Source: Tubiluchus corallicola
Taxonomy: Eukaryota; Animalia; Priapulida
NCBI GenBank assembly: GCA_030141605.1
Contig: JAQGDQ010001191.1
Location: forward strand, 1 to 56,426
Direction: 5' to 3'
Length of the DNA: 56,426 nt
Shown: positions 27,294 to 44,900 of the stretch, one piece after another
Position numbering within the stretch: position 1 is the first letter of the stretch
How the letters are laid out: every line of letters starts with the position of its first letter
Translations under genes and position numbers: made by a program
Notes under the pieces: generated by a model
The model's database searches: none
The model's input: only the letters and a program-made list of their open reading frames with translations
Told to the model about the DNA's origin: nothing

Positions 27294-29809
27294 CTACAAA
27301 AGAAATGCTTTATGGTTCAATTCAAAATCATTTGAAATAGTGAAAAAGTTTGTTAGTGTTAATTTCGTCACCATAGTGGCTTTTTCTTTGTTCTTTTCAG
27401 GATTAAGTACATAACTAAATGAATTATTCCAACTTACACGTAATGCAAGTAAAAACGTAAATTGGTTTTTCCAAAAGTTAAAGAATGTAGCGAGGCAGCT
27501 TGCTTATTCGATTTTTCATTGTTCTTTATTATGTATTTAGTCTCAAAGGGCTACAAGCTTACTTAGAGCACCCAAGTTTTTAAAAAAAGGACCCGTCAGG
27601 TGGCTCTTCCGGCTATAACTGTAAAGGCACCCAGGTGACCCTCCGCGATTTTCCAATGGCTTAGCATTCTAGAATCTTTAGTACTACCCGCTCCTACATT
27701 TCATTGCAGCCAGACTTAAATCAAATTTACTTTTCTGCTTCTTCCGCAAATTTTGCTACCATTTTAAAACAGGCTTTTCATTCGCTACTTCCTTAGAATG
27801 TACAACTAATACTTTAACCACACACTACACGTTCATCATCGTACACTTACTTGAACAGTCCAAGAAAACTGTCCTGATCGTTAGAATCCATTTTGGTCAT
27901 AGCAATGGGTTGCGGGTCACCATTGCCTTCCGGCATACGGTAACAACTTGAGTTTTGCTGCATATAGATTTCCATGTAAAACTGGGAAAGATTGTTCACA
28001 GACTTCCTGAACGTGACTCTGGTGAAGTATAAATAACTGTAGTAAATATGTGTGAAAAAAATTGGCGTGTCACATATTTGACATTAACTAGTTTCAATAT
28101 TTCGATGAAAGACTAATGTATGTTTACAACAGCTTATTTTAGTTTTAAGGAGAGCATCTATAGAAAGAAAATTGGCATTTTTATTGTTTCTCAAAATTAA
28201 AATATATGATTTTAGAAAACATTCTTCTTTGATAAAATAAGCCTTCTCACAATTTGGACAAGTTGCATCTACTAGAAATATTTATTAGAGTCACCAACGT
28301 ACTGTGTAATAATACCTTTTATGGAACTTAGTGTACGAAGTATAGTGGACCAACAAATTATAACAGTAGTCCAATATGCTCGAAAATGGTCTATTATACA
28401 CGCACTTTAGGTTTTGTTGGGTCACTAATAAGTTCTTGAGGTTTTGTTCTTTCTTCAAAAAAGAATTAGTTAACTAAGAAGTTCGGTAATTGGGCTTTCT
28501 CAGAAATAAGTTTTCAGAAACTTAATTGCCATCTAGTTTCAAACATTTGATAAATCAGTTGTGCCGAAACTATTAAAGTTACGCTATTGAACAACCTCTT
28601 TTTCTATTCGTCGACTATTAGATCAAAGAAAATTCAAAATGATTGTGTACCTCTGTGCGTATTTGATGCCCTGATAAGTAAAGCAGCTTTGGTCCGACAA
28701 ATCATCAGCATTGCTGATGTCATCCAAAATGGTGATGAAATTTCTTGGATCTGGAATCAATTCACTTCTCGAATCAATTCATGTAAATGTTCCTTTTGTT
28801 GAGCGGCAACACTGTCAATGTTTTTACCTCCAATTTTGCCTTCAAAAAGGTGAAATTGGTTGAACCGTGCCACTACTATATAAAAATAGGTTTTTTATTA
28901 GATTGTTTTTTATTACTGCGTTGACATTTTTTAATATGCCAAAAAGTTTAGCCACCAATAGTTTCTTTTATTAATATCTAAACTTATTAAGAAAACGGAA
29001 AAAATAAATGAATAAGGAAGTACATTACACAAACGTTTCTACAATCAAGTGTGCATAACAAAACTGCAAAAATGGCTGGTAATTCTAAGAAAAATAATAA
29101 AAGTTGGTGTCATAAAAAGTTAAATTGATAATAAAGATAAAAATAGCACGTCATTTTTTATAATCTCTCGGTTGAGCAATTAATCGTTGTTGCAATTTGT
29201 TTGGGTATTGACATGGAAATGAGCGCTGGTTGTCTGTGGGGGGTACAAGCTTATTAAAGGCACCCGAGTTTTTTAAACCTGGAAATTTCAACTCTGTCTC
29301 GTTACGGGTCGCGCAGAATCAACGAACAGGAATACAGAAACAATAAGCCCTTACATCAGTGTGATCTCCATTTACACCATCAAAATTAAGAAGTTAGAGT
29401 TCAAGAAAAAATTATTGCACTTTTGCAAAAAACAATTTTTCTTGCTAGAAAATTGGATTGACGTCAGCAATGCAAAAGAAATTACAACATTATTACCTGG
29501 AAATCCAATAACTAAATAAAAGAACGCACCAAATACTCAAATTATTCCATTTTGTGTTAAAAAGCGAGTGTGTTAAAGGTGTGCACATTCTTTTACAGTA
29601 TATATGAAAACGACCTTGGTAGACAAATGAAAGAAAAAGTTTAGAATCATATATAAATGTTAGTAATGAATTGATTTTTGTTAACTGGTCGTGTACAATT
29701 CTGCAAAAAATACTTTATAAACTTTTCAAGTGAAGACAAAACAAAAACACTTACCAAAAATACACAATGCGCACAATAAAAAAGCAACCGTAACGGCAAT
29801 ATTACACAT
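27294..29809 (-). pseudogene. Unidentified multi-exon gene with an N-terminal signal/anchor, frameshifted and probably truncated. Exons 29755-29809, 28651-28875, 27851-28036, 27294-27414
   Basis: MCNIAVTVAFLLCALCIF|VVARFNQFHLFEGK...(frameshift)...LIPDPRNFITILDDISNADDLSDQSCFTYQGIKYAQ|SYLYFTRVTFRK...DSFLGLF|NYVLNPEKNKEK...HKAFLL*. GT/AG sites have matching phases 1, 2, 2. The last exon ends about 20 bp from the duplication junction at 27272. Confidence 0.5.
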
Positions 29810-30253
29810 TTCAAGTTTTCAACGGACTTGTTCGTGAGACAACTGTTCATTCGTAATATACAATGCAAATGCCGTCTGCATACACATTTATAATTTCATG
29901 GGTATCGACACTATGTGTAATATAAATTATGTCGTGTTAACTATGGGTATTAGCAACACTGTGCAGCCAACTTGTTTCTAGGAAACGAGGTTTGGCGAAT
30001 GCTATAAATCACATTATGAATAAATTTTTTATCTGTATTCCGTGTGTAATAAAGAGTTATTGCACATTATTATACATAACAATTGGATACTGTCAGAATA
30101 CAAACACGGGCGGCAGAAAGAAGAAAAGAAAGAAAAACAGCAAAAAAACGGATAATTAAGAAAACAAAAAGAAGAGGAATGGAAGAAAAAGAAATCAGAT
30201 GGAAAAACAAAAAACGAAGGATGAAATGAAAACAGAAGAATGGAATGGGTGTG

Positions 30254-30813
30254 CAAAACTTCCCCTGACCTGCAGTTTCATGTCACTACGCTAGTGCTAT
30301 TCTTCTATAGCAAGTGCATTCTGAAACCCGACGAATCTAAACTAGAATAGTCAATAAATTACTACGACGACTGCTGATGTTACTTCTACTACTAGTACTA
30401 CGACTACTACTACTACTACTTTTACTACTACTACTACGACGACTACTACTACTGCTACTACCACAACCACTACAACTACTGCTATAGCTACTACTACTAC
30501 TACTACTGCTATAGCTACTGCTACTACTACTACTACTACTACTACTGCTACTGCTACTGCTGCAATGCTGCTGCTGCTACTGCTACTGCTACTACTACTA
30601 CTACTACAACTACTACTACTGCTATTGCTACTGCTGCTGCTGCTGCTGCTACTGCTACTGCTACTGCTACTGCTACTGCTACTGCTACTGCTACTGCTAC
30701 TGCTACTGCTACTACTGCTGCTGCTGCTGCTGCTACTGCTACTGCTACTGCTACTGCTACTGCTACTGCTACTGCTACTGCTGCTACTGCTACTGCTACT
30801 GCTACTGCTACTG

Positions 30814-30850
<37 letters not shown>

Positions 30851-31045
30851 AACTAATACTACTGCTATTGCTGCTGCTACTGCTACTGCTACTGCTACTG
30901 CTACTGCTACTGCTACTGCTACTGCTACTGCTACTACTACTACTACTACTACTACTCTCTCTCTCTCTCTCTCTCTACTCTAGTGTAGTGTAGTGTAGTG
31001 TACTCTACTGCTACTCTGCTCTGCTACTACTACTACTACTACTAG
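30254..31045 (+). mobile_element. Short dispersed element (about 125 bp) with a long (CTA/CTG)n tail; second copy at 41718-41953
   Basis: CAAAACTT(C/T)CCCTGACCTGCAGTTTC...CTGAAACCCGACGAATCTAAACTAGAATAGTCAATAAATTACTACGAC..CTGCTGATGTT occurs at both sites with different flanks. Confidence 0.6.
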
Positions 31046-31911
31046 TAAATTAAGAGAAGGCTGCTTATTAGGATACATAGATAAACTTTCTTTTAGTAAC
31101 AAGTCTCAGTTATTTGTAGCTCTGGTCAAACTGCTGAAATTATTAAAATTAGTTTTGTGGCCATAGGCACAAATATGTTTATAACTGCTAGAGTGATGAG
31201 GACTTTTCGACTTTTTAATTTCTTTGCCAGTTCTAGACGAAAAGTTGACATAATCATAAGAATGATATTCATAATTCAGCATCTTGACAAAAGCACAAAT
31301 AAATGGGTCCTATTAAAAACAGAAAGTTGAACTATGTGCTGTGATAATTCTTCTCTTGATGTGTAAACTAGTTTAACATGATTCGTACTTTTCAGCTATT
31401 TTCCGATTTTCGTAAAAACTACATCAAAGTAAATTAATCTTTTTCTATTTAACATGTATTCCTTTTCAGTGCCTGCATTAAAGCATTGACGGTTACTGCA
31501 GTGGCGCGCTCTACTGTTGACGACGTTAATTTCTTGTATAAGTTGAACCTAGCAATTTTCTTCAAGGGTTTTAAAGGTTTCAACATTTTTCGAATGAGTT
31601 TTCTAAACTCTAAAAAATAAACTGGTTTTTGGAAATGATTTTGCAAAATCAAATAATGCTTCAATTTAAAAGTCATTAGAACAAAAATGTTTTAAGTAGA
31701 TGAAAAATCTCTTTATTATAAATGTCGGTCAAAAACAAAACAAATATTCCATAAAAATTAAAAAATTGTAAGAATAATCGACTTTATTTTCAAGTTCGAT
31801 AACTGTGTAGGACTTAGTAAAGAAATAACCAAGGTATATTAATTTTATATTATTTACAAATAAATACAACAATTATGCATAATAAAATAAATGAAAAATT
31901 TATATAAATAT

Positions 31912-32164
31912 CTTACGTCTATGGTCTCCATTCACTTATGTCTCTGGTCTACATTCATTTATGTCTATGGTCTACATTCATTTATGTCTATGGTCTACAT
32001 TCGTTTATGTCTATGGTTTACATTCGTTTATGTCTATGGTCTACATTCATTTATGTCTATGGTCTACATTCGTCTATGTCTATGGTCTACATTCGTTTAT
32101 GTCTATTTTCTACATTCATTTATGTCTATGGTCTACATTCATTTATGTCTATGGTCTACATTCA

Positions 32165-32166
<2 letters not shown>
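31912..32166. repeat. 23-bp minisatellite, about 11 copies
   Basis: Unit TTATGTCTATGGTCTACATTCAT; it begins at the stop codon of the minus-strand gene 32165-37409. Confidence 0.92.
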
Positions 32167-37409
<5,243 letters not shown>

Positions 37410-37468
37410 ATCCTAGCAAATGAAATATTAAAACTAAAGAACAACAAAAGTTTCGACAGAATATTTTG

Positions 37469-37715
37469 AAATGATGCTCAACTTCGAGCTGTCATGATAT
37501 TTATAGGCACCCCATGGGTATTTTTGAACAAATCGCTGTAATATCGGTAAATTCCCTTGTAATGCGTCAAGCGATGCAATGCACGCGTACTTTGGGAATT
37601 CCACATGTATGTAGTGCTGTACATACGTAATAACTTTCTCGGAATAACAAGTTAACAATTTGTCGTATTAGAACTATAACAGGAAAGCGGAAGTACTGTG
37701 ACGTACGCCGGAAAT
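37469..37715 (-). promoter_or_regulatory. Core and proximal promoter of the candidate cytokine gene
   Basis: TATAAATA (37498-37505, -); Inr-like TCATTT (37469-37474, -); kB-like GGGAATTTACC (37546-37556, -) and GGGAATTCC (37594-37602); STAT/GAS TTCTCGGAA (37636-37644); CRE-like TGACG at about 37564 and 37699; ETS-like CGGAAGT/CCGGAAAT at about 37688 and 37708. Confidence 0.6.
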
Positions 37716-37936
37716 TGTGTGATAATTTGAGGCCCATCACGTGAATCGTACGTGATAGTGCTTCAGAACTCCTTTCCGTGTTTTGTGTTACAATTATTTT
37801 AAGTTTTGTGAAGCTTATAATGCTTCCCTATTCTTGTCAATGGATGTCACCGCTTTGAGCACAACTGGGGCCTATTTCAGAAGGGGAGTGGGGATACTTC
37901 CCAGGGGCCTCACCCTCCAGGGGGGCCTCGCGCCGA

Positions 37937-40900
37937 GGTAGCACACTAAACTCACGGTAGTTACAGTAATCTTTTTAAAAACAAGCACTGTATGGAGTAG
38001 ACAATATTCCGTATTATTTTGCTTAATTTGCAAAACCGTAAGTATTGCTGTTTTCGTATGTCACTCAGCTGAAATATTCACCAATTGGTACAGTTCTTCA
38101 GCACAATTTTTTTACGGTCGATAAAGACAGGTATCAATGGGTTTCGATGGGTATCGATGATCGAGACCAAAGATTTTTATAGCGGACGCTGGACACTTTG
38201 GTGCATCATAGTCTTTAGCTTTACAGACTAGATGTAATAAAGTTGCTGATTTAATACATCAAATTGCTTTTAGATAGAAGACACAACTGGGTATAATTTT
38301 TTTAATTTCTTTATGAAGTTAATATGCCCAGCGTGCGTTTTAAGCTAATAACACGTTTAATAAACATATAATTGTTATTTATCTTAGTTATGTATGTACA
38401 TAAAACTGCAAATGATGATTTTAAAATAAGTTTTAATTATCATAGGCTTAAATATAACTGACGTTTTGCAATATGATTATAGAAAAAAGCTGCTTTGCTA
38501 TTTGCAAGTGAATCTGTCTTGCCCCAGCATTAGTCACAAAATGCAAAGTTTTAAAATTACGTCTAATAATCTTCTGTGAAAATTTTGCTATAAGCAATAA
38601 TTTTTTATTCTATGTTGAACAGTAGTATACGGTATGTAGAAGAGTGCACAGAACCATATAGAACAGCTACATTACTAGTTTGAATACTAAAACAATGATT
38701 GCAAGTATTACTGTATTTATTTATCTAGAAAAGCCTATACAAAACAAATTAACTTACTGCGCAAGGATAATTAAAATACAAAAGCAATTTTACACAATGC
38801 AATTCCATATAATGTCGTAAAATATTACTAATCGATCGCAAAATCAAGCCGTTGATTTGATTTTTGAAATGACTTGAATTTGAGGTATGTAAATTTGTGA
38901 TTACTAATATTTTACGATATATGCAATTGCATTGTTGTATTTTTCTTATCCTTGCGCAGTAAGTTTCAGTTTAGTCTTAACCAGAAATATTTTATATTGA
39001 TTAGCATTACTGTATAAAGTACGTAGGTAAAAGGAAACAGGTAACTGCAGAAAGATGACTTTTGAAGCAGAAAGCTAACCATTTGTTCCAACGTCTTGCT
39101 TAAAAAACCTTTTGGAAATATTTTTTAACAAAACAGTTTTCCAGCTCTCAATCTAAAAATAACCTACTGTCTAGTTCTTGCTACTGTTTTTAACAAAACA
39201 GTTTTCCAGCTCTCTGTCTAAAAACAACCTACTGTCTAATTCTTGCTACTGTTTTTAACAAAACAGTTTTCCAGCTCTCAGTCTAAAAACAACCTACCGT
39301 CTAGTTCTTGCTACTGTTTTTTAACAAAACAGTTTTCCAGCTCTCAGTCTAAAAACAACCTACTGTCTAGTTCTTGCTACTATTTTTTAACAAAACAGTT
39401 TTCCAGCTCTCAGTCTAAAAACAACCTACTGTCTAGTTCTTGCTACTGTTTTTTAACAAAACAGTTTTCCAGCTCTCAGTCTGAAAACAGCCTACTGTCT
39501 AGTTCTTGCTACTGTTTTTTAACAAAACAGTTTTCCAGTTCTCAGTCTAAACATAACCTACTGTCTAGATCTTGCTACTGTTTTTTAACAAAACAGTTTT
39601 CCAGCTCTCAGTCTAAACATAACCTACTGTCTAGTTCTTGCTACTGTTTTTAACAAAACAGCTTTTCAGCACTTAGTCTAAAACAACAGACCGTATAATT
39701 CTTGCTACTGTTTTTTAAAAAAACAGTTATTCAGCTCTCAGTCTAAAAGCAACCTACCGTCTAGTTCTTGCTACTGTTTTTTAACAAAACAGTTTTCCAG
39801 CTCTCAATCTAAAAATAACCTACTGTCTAGTTCTTGCTACTGTTTTTAACAAAACAGTTTTCCAGCTCTCTGTCTAAAAACAACCTACTGTCTAATTCTT
39901 GCTACTGTTTTTAACAAAACAGTTTTCCAGCTCTCAGTCTAAAAACAACCTACCGTCTAGTTCTTGCTACTGTTTTTTAACAAAACAGTTTTCCAGCTCT
40001 CAGTCTAAAAACAACCTACTGCCTAGTTCTTGCTACTGTTTTTTAACAAAACAGTTTTCCAGCTCTCAGTCTGAAAACAGCCTACTGTCTAGTTCTTGCT
40101 ACTGTTTTTTAACAAAACAGTTTTCCAGCTCTCAGTCTAAACATAACCTACTGTCTAGTTCTTGCTACTGTTTTTTAACAAAACAGTTTTCCAGCTCTCA
40201 GTCTAAACATAACCTACTGTCTAGTTCTTGCTACTGTTTTTAACAAAACAGCTTTTCAGCTCTCAGTCTAAAACAACAGACCGTATAATTCTTGCTACTG
40301 TTTTTTAAAAAAACAGTTATTCAGCTCTCAGTCTAAAAGCAACCTACCGTCTAGTTCTTGCTACTGTTTTTTAACAAAACAGTTTTCCAGCTCTCAGTCT
40401 AAAAACAACCTACTGTCTAGTTCTTGCTACTGTTTTTTAACAAAACAGTTTTCCAGCTCTCAGTCTGAAAACAGCCTACTGTCTAGTTCTTGCTACTGTT
40501 TTTTAACAAAACAGTTTTCCAGCTCTCAGTCTAAACATAACCTACTGTCTAGTTCTTGCTACTGTTTTTTAACAAAACAGTTTTCCAGCTCTCAGTCTAA
40601 ACATAACCTACTGTCTAGTTCTTGCTACTGTTTTTAACAAAACAGTTTTCCAGCTCTCAGTCTAAAAACAACCTACCGTCTAGTTCTTGCTACTGTTTTT
40701 TAACAAAACAGTTTTCCAGCTCTCGGCCTAAAAATAACCTTCTGTCTAGTTCTTGCTACTGTTTTTAACAAAACAGTTTTCCAGCTCTCAGTCTAAACAT
40801 AACCTACTGTCTAGTTCTTGCTACTGTTTTTTAACAAAACAGTTTTCCAGCTCTCAGTCTAAAAACAACATACCGTCTAGTTATTGTTACATGTTTATGT

Positions 40901-41717
40901 TTTCTATGTTGTATTTTATTATAAAATTGCAATATCACGTCACTAATGTAAAATGAGGTAATTCGCGATTTTTGAACTAAGACACCCAGCCCAGTTGCTG
41001 CATAATTTAGTCACTCATTATCTTATTGATGTCTAAGATTTCACTGGACCTCCTTTTACCTGCAAGAAACATAAAAAGGCAAAATAATTAGAGTACACAT
41101 ATGTTGTAAAAAGTTTGCATTTAATTAACCCGTCTTGTAAAAACATATTTTTAAATATAGGACAGTTTATTGTACAGTTATGTATTGTATAGTGTATACT
41201 TTTGTACTTAAAATTTAGCGACTAAAACATTTACTGCTATTGAACAAGGATAGAGACTTATCAATGACTCCAATCGGCCCAAATATCTCGTCTTGTATAT
41301 CCCAAGTATTGTATCGTGATGACAAAAGTTATGGTTGAAATCAGTAAACTACGCGCGCGAAGCACCACCAAGTATGGTCAGAAACTGTATATGTACATTT
41401 ACACTGAGTTAATGTATCGTCCTGTTAACCCTGTTTGTCCTATATGGAATATGCTGTAGCTGCTTAGTGCACTATATTAGACTGTAAAATTGTTCCTCTT
41501 ACAATTCATTAGTATAGTCAATAAATTACTACTACGACGACGACTGCTGATGTTGCTACTACTACTGCTACTGCTGCTGCTGCTGCTGCTGCTGCTATTG
41601 CTACTGCTGCTGCTACTACTACTGCTACTACTACTACTACTACTACTACCACTACCACTACCACCACTACTACTACTTCTACTACTACTACTTCTACTAC
41701 TACTACTACTACTACTA
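37937..41717 (+). repeat. Third copy of the TAT 3' region with all exons deleted (1925-2112 joined to about 4286-6420)
   Basis: 37937-38122 matches intron sequence 1925-2112 and runs directly into AAAGACAGGTATCAATGGG, which matches about 4286 onward. Confidence 0.9.
39121..40887 (+). repeat. 65-66-bp minisatellite expanded to about 27 copies
   Basis: Same unit as 5282-5735; gives the 22-aa-periodic spurious ORFs. Confidence 0.93.
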
Positions 41718-41902
41718 CAAAACTTTCCCTGACCTGCAGTTTCTACTACATGTCACTACGCTAGTGCCATTCTTCTATAGCAAGTGCATTCTGAAACCCG
41801 ACGAATCTAAACTAGAATAGTCAATAAATTACTACGACTACGACGACTGCTGATGTTAACTACAACTACAACTACAACAACAACAACTACTACTACTACT
41901 AT

Positions 41903-41941
<39 letters not shown>

Positions 41942-44900
41942 CGCTACTACTACAATTCGAGTGAAATAATCAACATAATCTTGAGGAAGCTTACACAACT
42001 TTATCATGGATGTTTTTCAGTGTAAGACGTGAATTGACATTAATGCAAGAAACGTTGTTTGTTCGTTTCTTTTTGCAAAACCAAGAAGAACGTTTGCGCA
42101 TTATTGATTTTGTGCCTAATTAATCAGTAATTACGACTCAACGCAAAAGTATTTTCAGTGCAGTTTAATGTTGCAGGAAATATTACTAAAAAAAGCTGTA
42201 CAAACAATTTCATTGTACAATAATAATGTATTTGTTTTATTTTCTTCAAGTGGTTAGGATCAAGCAGTTTGTCAGTATTTACCACATGGTTTACTAATAC
42301 CACCGCATCTGAACAAAACTACATTATATAAACCAGCAAATAATTTTAGTAAAAAATATACGTTCCCGTCAGGGTATTGCACCCCATTTTACTATCGCAC
42401 CCAGCATCACACACTTGTCAAAGCAATTAAATCAATCACAACACAATCAATAAATCAATTAACGATATCAAAGCGAAGAACTTGCACCCAGAAGATGTCA
42501 TCAAAATTTTCAAATATCAATAAAAATAATAAAATATGTAAACAAAGTGGCAAAAACGAATGAGGTATTTACGCCATAAATTACTTTCCTATTAAATAAG
42601 AGGTGACGAGGGTTTTTGTTAATGCTGACTACAACTTAGCCATTGTTATACTTAAGCAAGAATGTTTTGTACATCACAAAAAAAAACAAAATAATGGAAC
42701 AGATCTAGGGTTTAAAAATCACAACAATCAATATTAACATTCACCGAGTGCACATTCCACTTCTACAACAAAAAAAACATTTTCAGAGTTTCGGTTTTAC
42801 TGTTTCACATTCAGAAAACCCTCACCGGTAACGTAAATAGTACTTTACTTCTTTTACCTTTTTCAGCCGAATAAGGTAAAAATGTAAACAAAATCACCGT
42901 TAAACAAATTTTGATTAACACACATTATTATGCAAATACATTTTTGGATTACGATATAAAGTTGTACAAAATATGACAGATAAACGTTAGGGCGCAGTTT
43001 ATCATGCCGCCGCCGAACTACATTCACCACCATACAAGCACCAAATAGCATGCACAGTTCCCAAAACCCGAACGAGCCTCACGGAATGAACCAACAGTTT
43101 AATGCATTAATATTGCAATTTTAATACAAACTCATGTATGATTAATTTTTCCACTATTATTACGCGTACACAGTCTTAAATTTATATTCATACACGACAA
43201 ATTTTCACAAACTTTTCCGAATCTGAAGAAACAGGTGACCCGAAAGTAAGAGGTCTTGAATTCAAATCTCAGTGAAGGCGAACATTTTTTCAGAATGTCT
43301 AATTCAGCATTGTTTTCGTGCTTTCACAAAATTAAAACTCGATGAAATTGTGTAAATTATACACGTGTCTGGTTCTGTTTAATACACGCAATGCAGCACA
43401 AAACTGTCTGTGTACGGCTAGCAAAATGGAGTTCACACAAGTAAACATTAAAGAACGAAAGTAAAAATCATGAGTCTTAAGTGCTGACCTCGTTCGGGTG
43501 CAGGGCTGCGCTTATTTAGACTAGTGCGCATTTAGGGCCAGATATACAATAAAAGACAGGCAATTAGCAATATTATAATTATCAACACAACACACATAAA
43601 CACTGGCGCTAACTCTTAGTAAGCGTGTCATACACAGAAGCTATCATGCACTTTGGCACAATCGAGACGATTTTCGCTTTTGAAGCTATAAACACAATTT
43701 TGCGTTAATTTTATAAAAATGGCGACACCCCGGGTACCCAAATGTTATGATTACAACACATTGACAGCAGAATTACAACTAGCACAACTCACTAATTTTA
43801 CAACACTGCAGCACAGAAAATTACCACTAATTAAAAACATCATTAGCACAACAATAATGGCGCCTGTTATGGAAAAATTCTTGAGGTATTAGATAACATC
43901 CAGATTACAACAATCAGCAAAATATTAAAAACAGAATTTTGCAATTGTGACCTGGCAATTTTAATTACTCTCTTGAGAGGTATATTATGATAATAATTGT
44001 TATCAAATCAACATACAACTGCATAACATGATTTTAATGTCGTAAACAATAGAGCATACTAAAATATGATATTAAGAAGCGCTTACAAAGACGGACAATG
44101 AAAGACACATAAAAGCAAAGCATCACAATAAGCAAGTAAGAGGATGAGCAAAAATGGGAATTTCAACTAAACTCGCCTGCAGATGTCACCACTGTGTAGT
44201 GGTTGCTTAGATGGGACGTTGCTGCAGGTTTTTTAGTCGTAGGTCCATTTTTGCATCACTCTTGGAATAAATCTGGTCCTAAAGAGCAGCTCAGTCACCA
44301 TGAGCAAGGATATTATTACTCCCTGAACTCCTCTCAATGATCCTTCACCATTTCCGAGGTAACAAAATGGCTGAACGCCGATTCAACCCCATGACTACAT
44401 TATTTTTGACTGCAGTGAATAAAAACATTATGAATCAAATCTTAATATCATTACATTGATTTCTCAAGACTCTGACAGACAGCAGTCATTATTTTTTATC
44501 ACCACTGCAGCCCCAGAAAGTACGTTAACTTACTTTTTAGTAAAAACATTATCAGTACCGATACACAATTTCAACAGAAGCGATCAGTTTCGTATCTATG
44601 AAAAATTTTCATCAGTTTTAATGAACGACATTAATATTTTATAATAAGTTAACAGAATCATATAGCAATTATCTCTTATAGGTCAACATGATTAAGGAAA
44701 CAATTTGACAAGTCCTCATGGTCAAGTGTCATAAATAAATGCAGTGATGTTAAAACTAATCAGGCCTATAAGACAATGAATCATTGTCAATGATGCAGCA
44801 TACAGTGGTAGCCTGCAAATAATTTCCAAACTTTATGCATTGATTTTAGCCTACTTTGCAGTAAATGACAGAGAAAAACAATTCTTATACTGGCAATGTT

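Noticed and set aside
31449-31609. Possible extra minus-strand exon (FRKLIRKMLKPLK...)
   Set aside because: It lies after the in-frame TAA at 32165-32167 and I could not connect it in frame; at most UTR.
39121-40887. CRISPR-like or repeat-protein interpretation of the regular arrays (also 920-1263 and 53575-54590)
   Set aside because: Units are head-to-tail without unique spacers, the frame is broken by homopolymer indels, the context is eukaryotic and there are no cas genes.
37937-41717. Copy 3 as a recombinant mosaic of copies 1 and 2
   Set aside because: It shares variants with each, but with three copies and no outgroup this is equally explained by copy-specific mutations.
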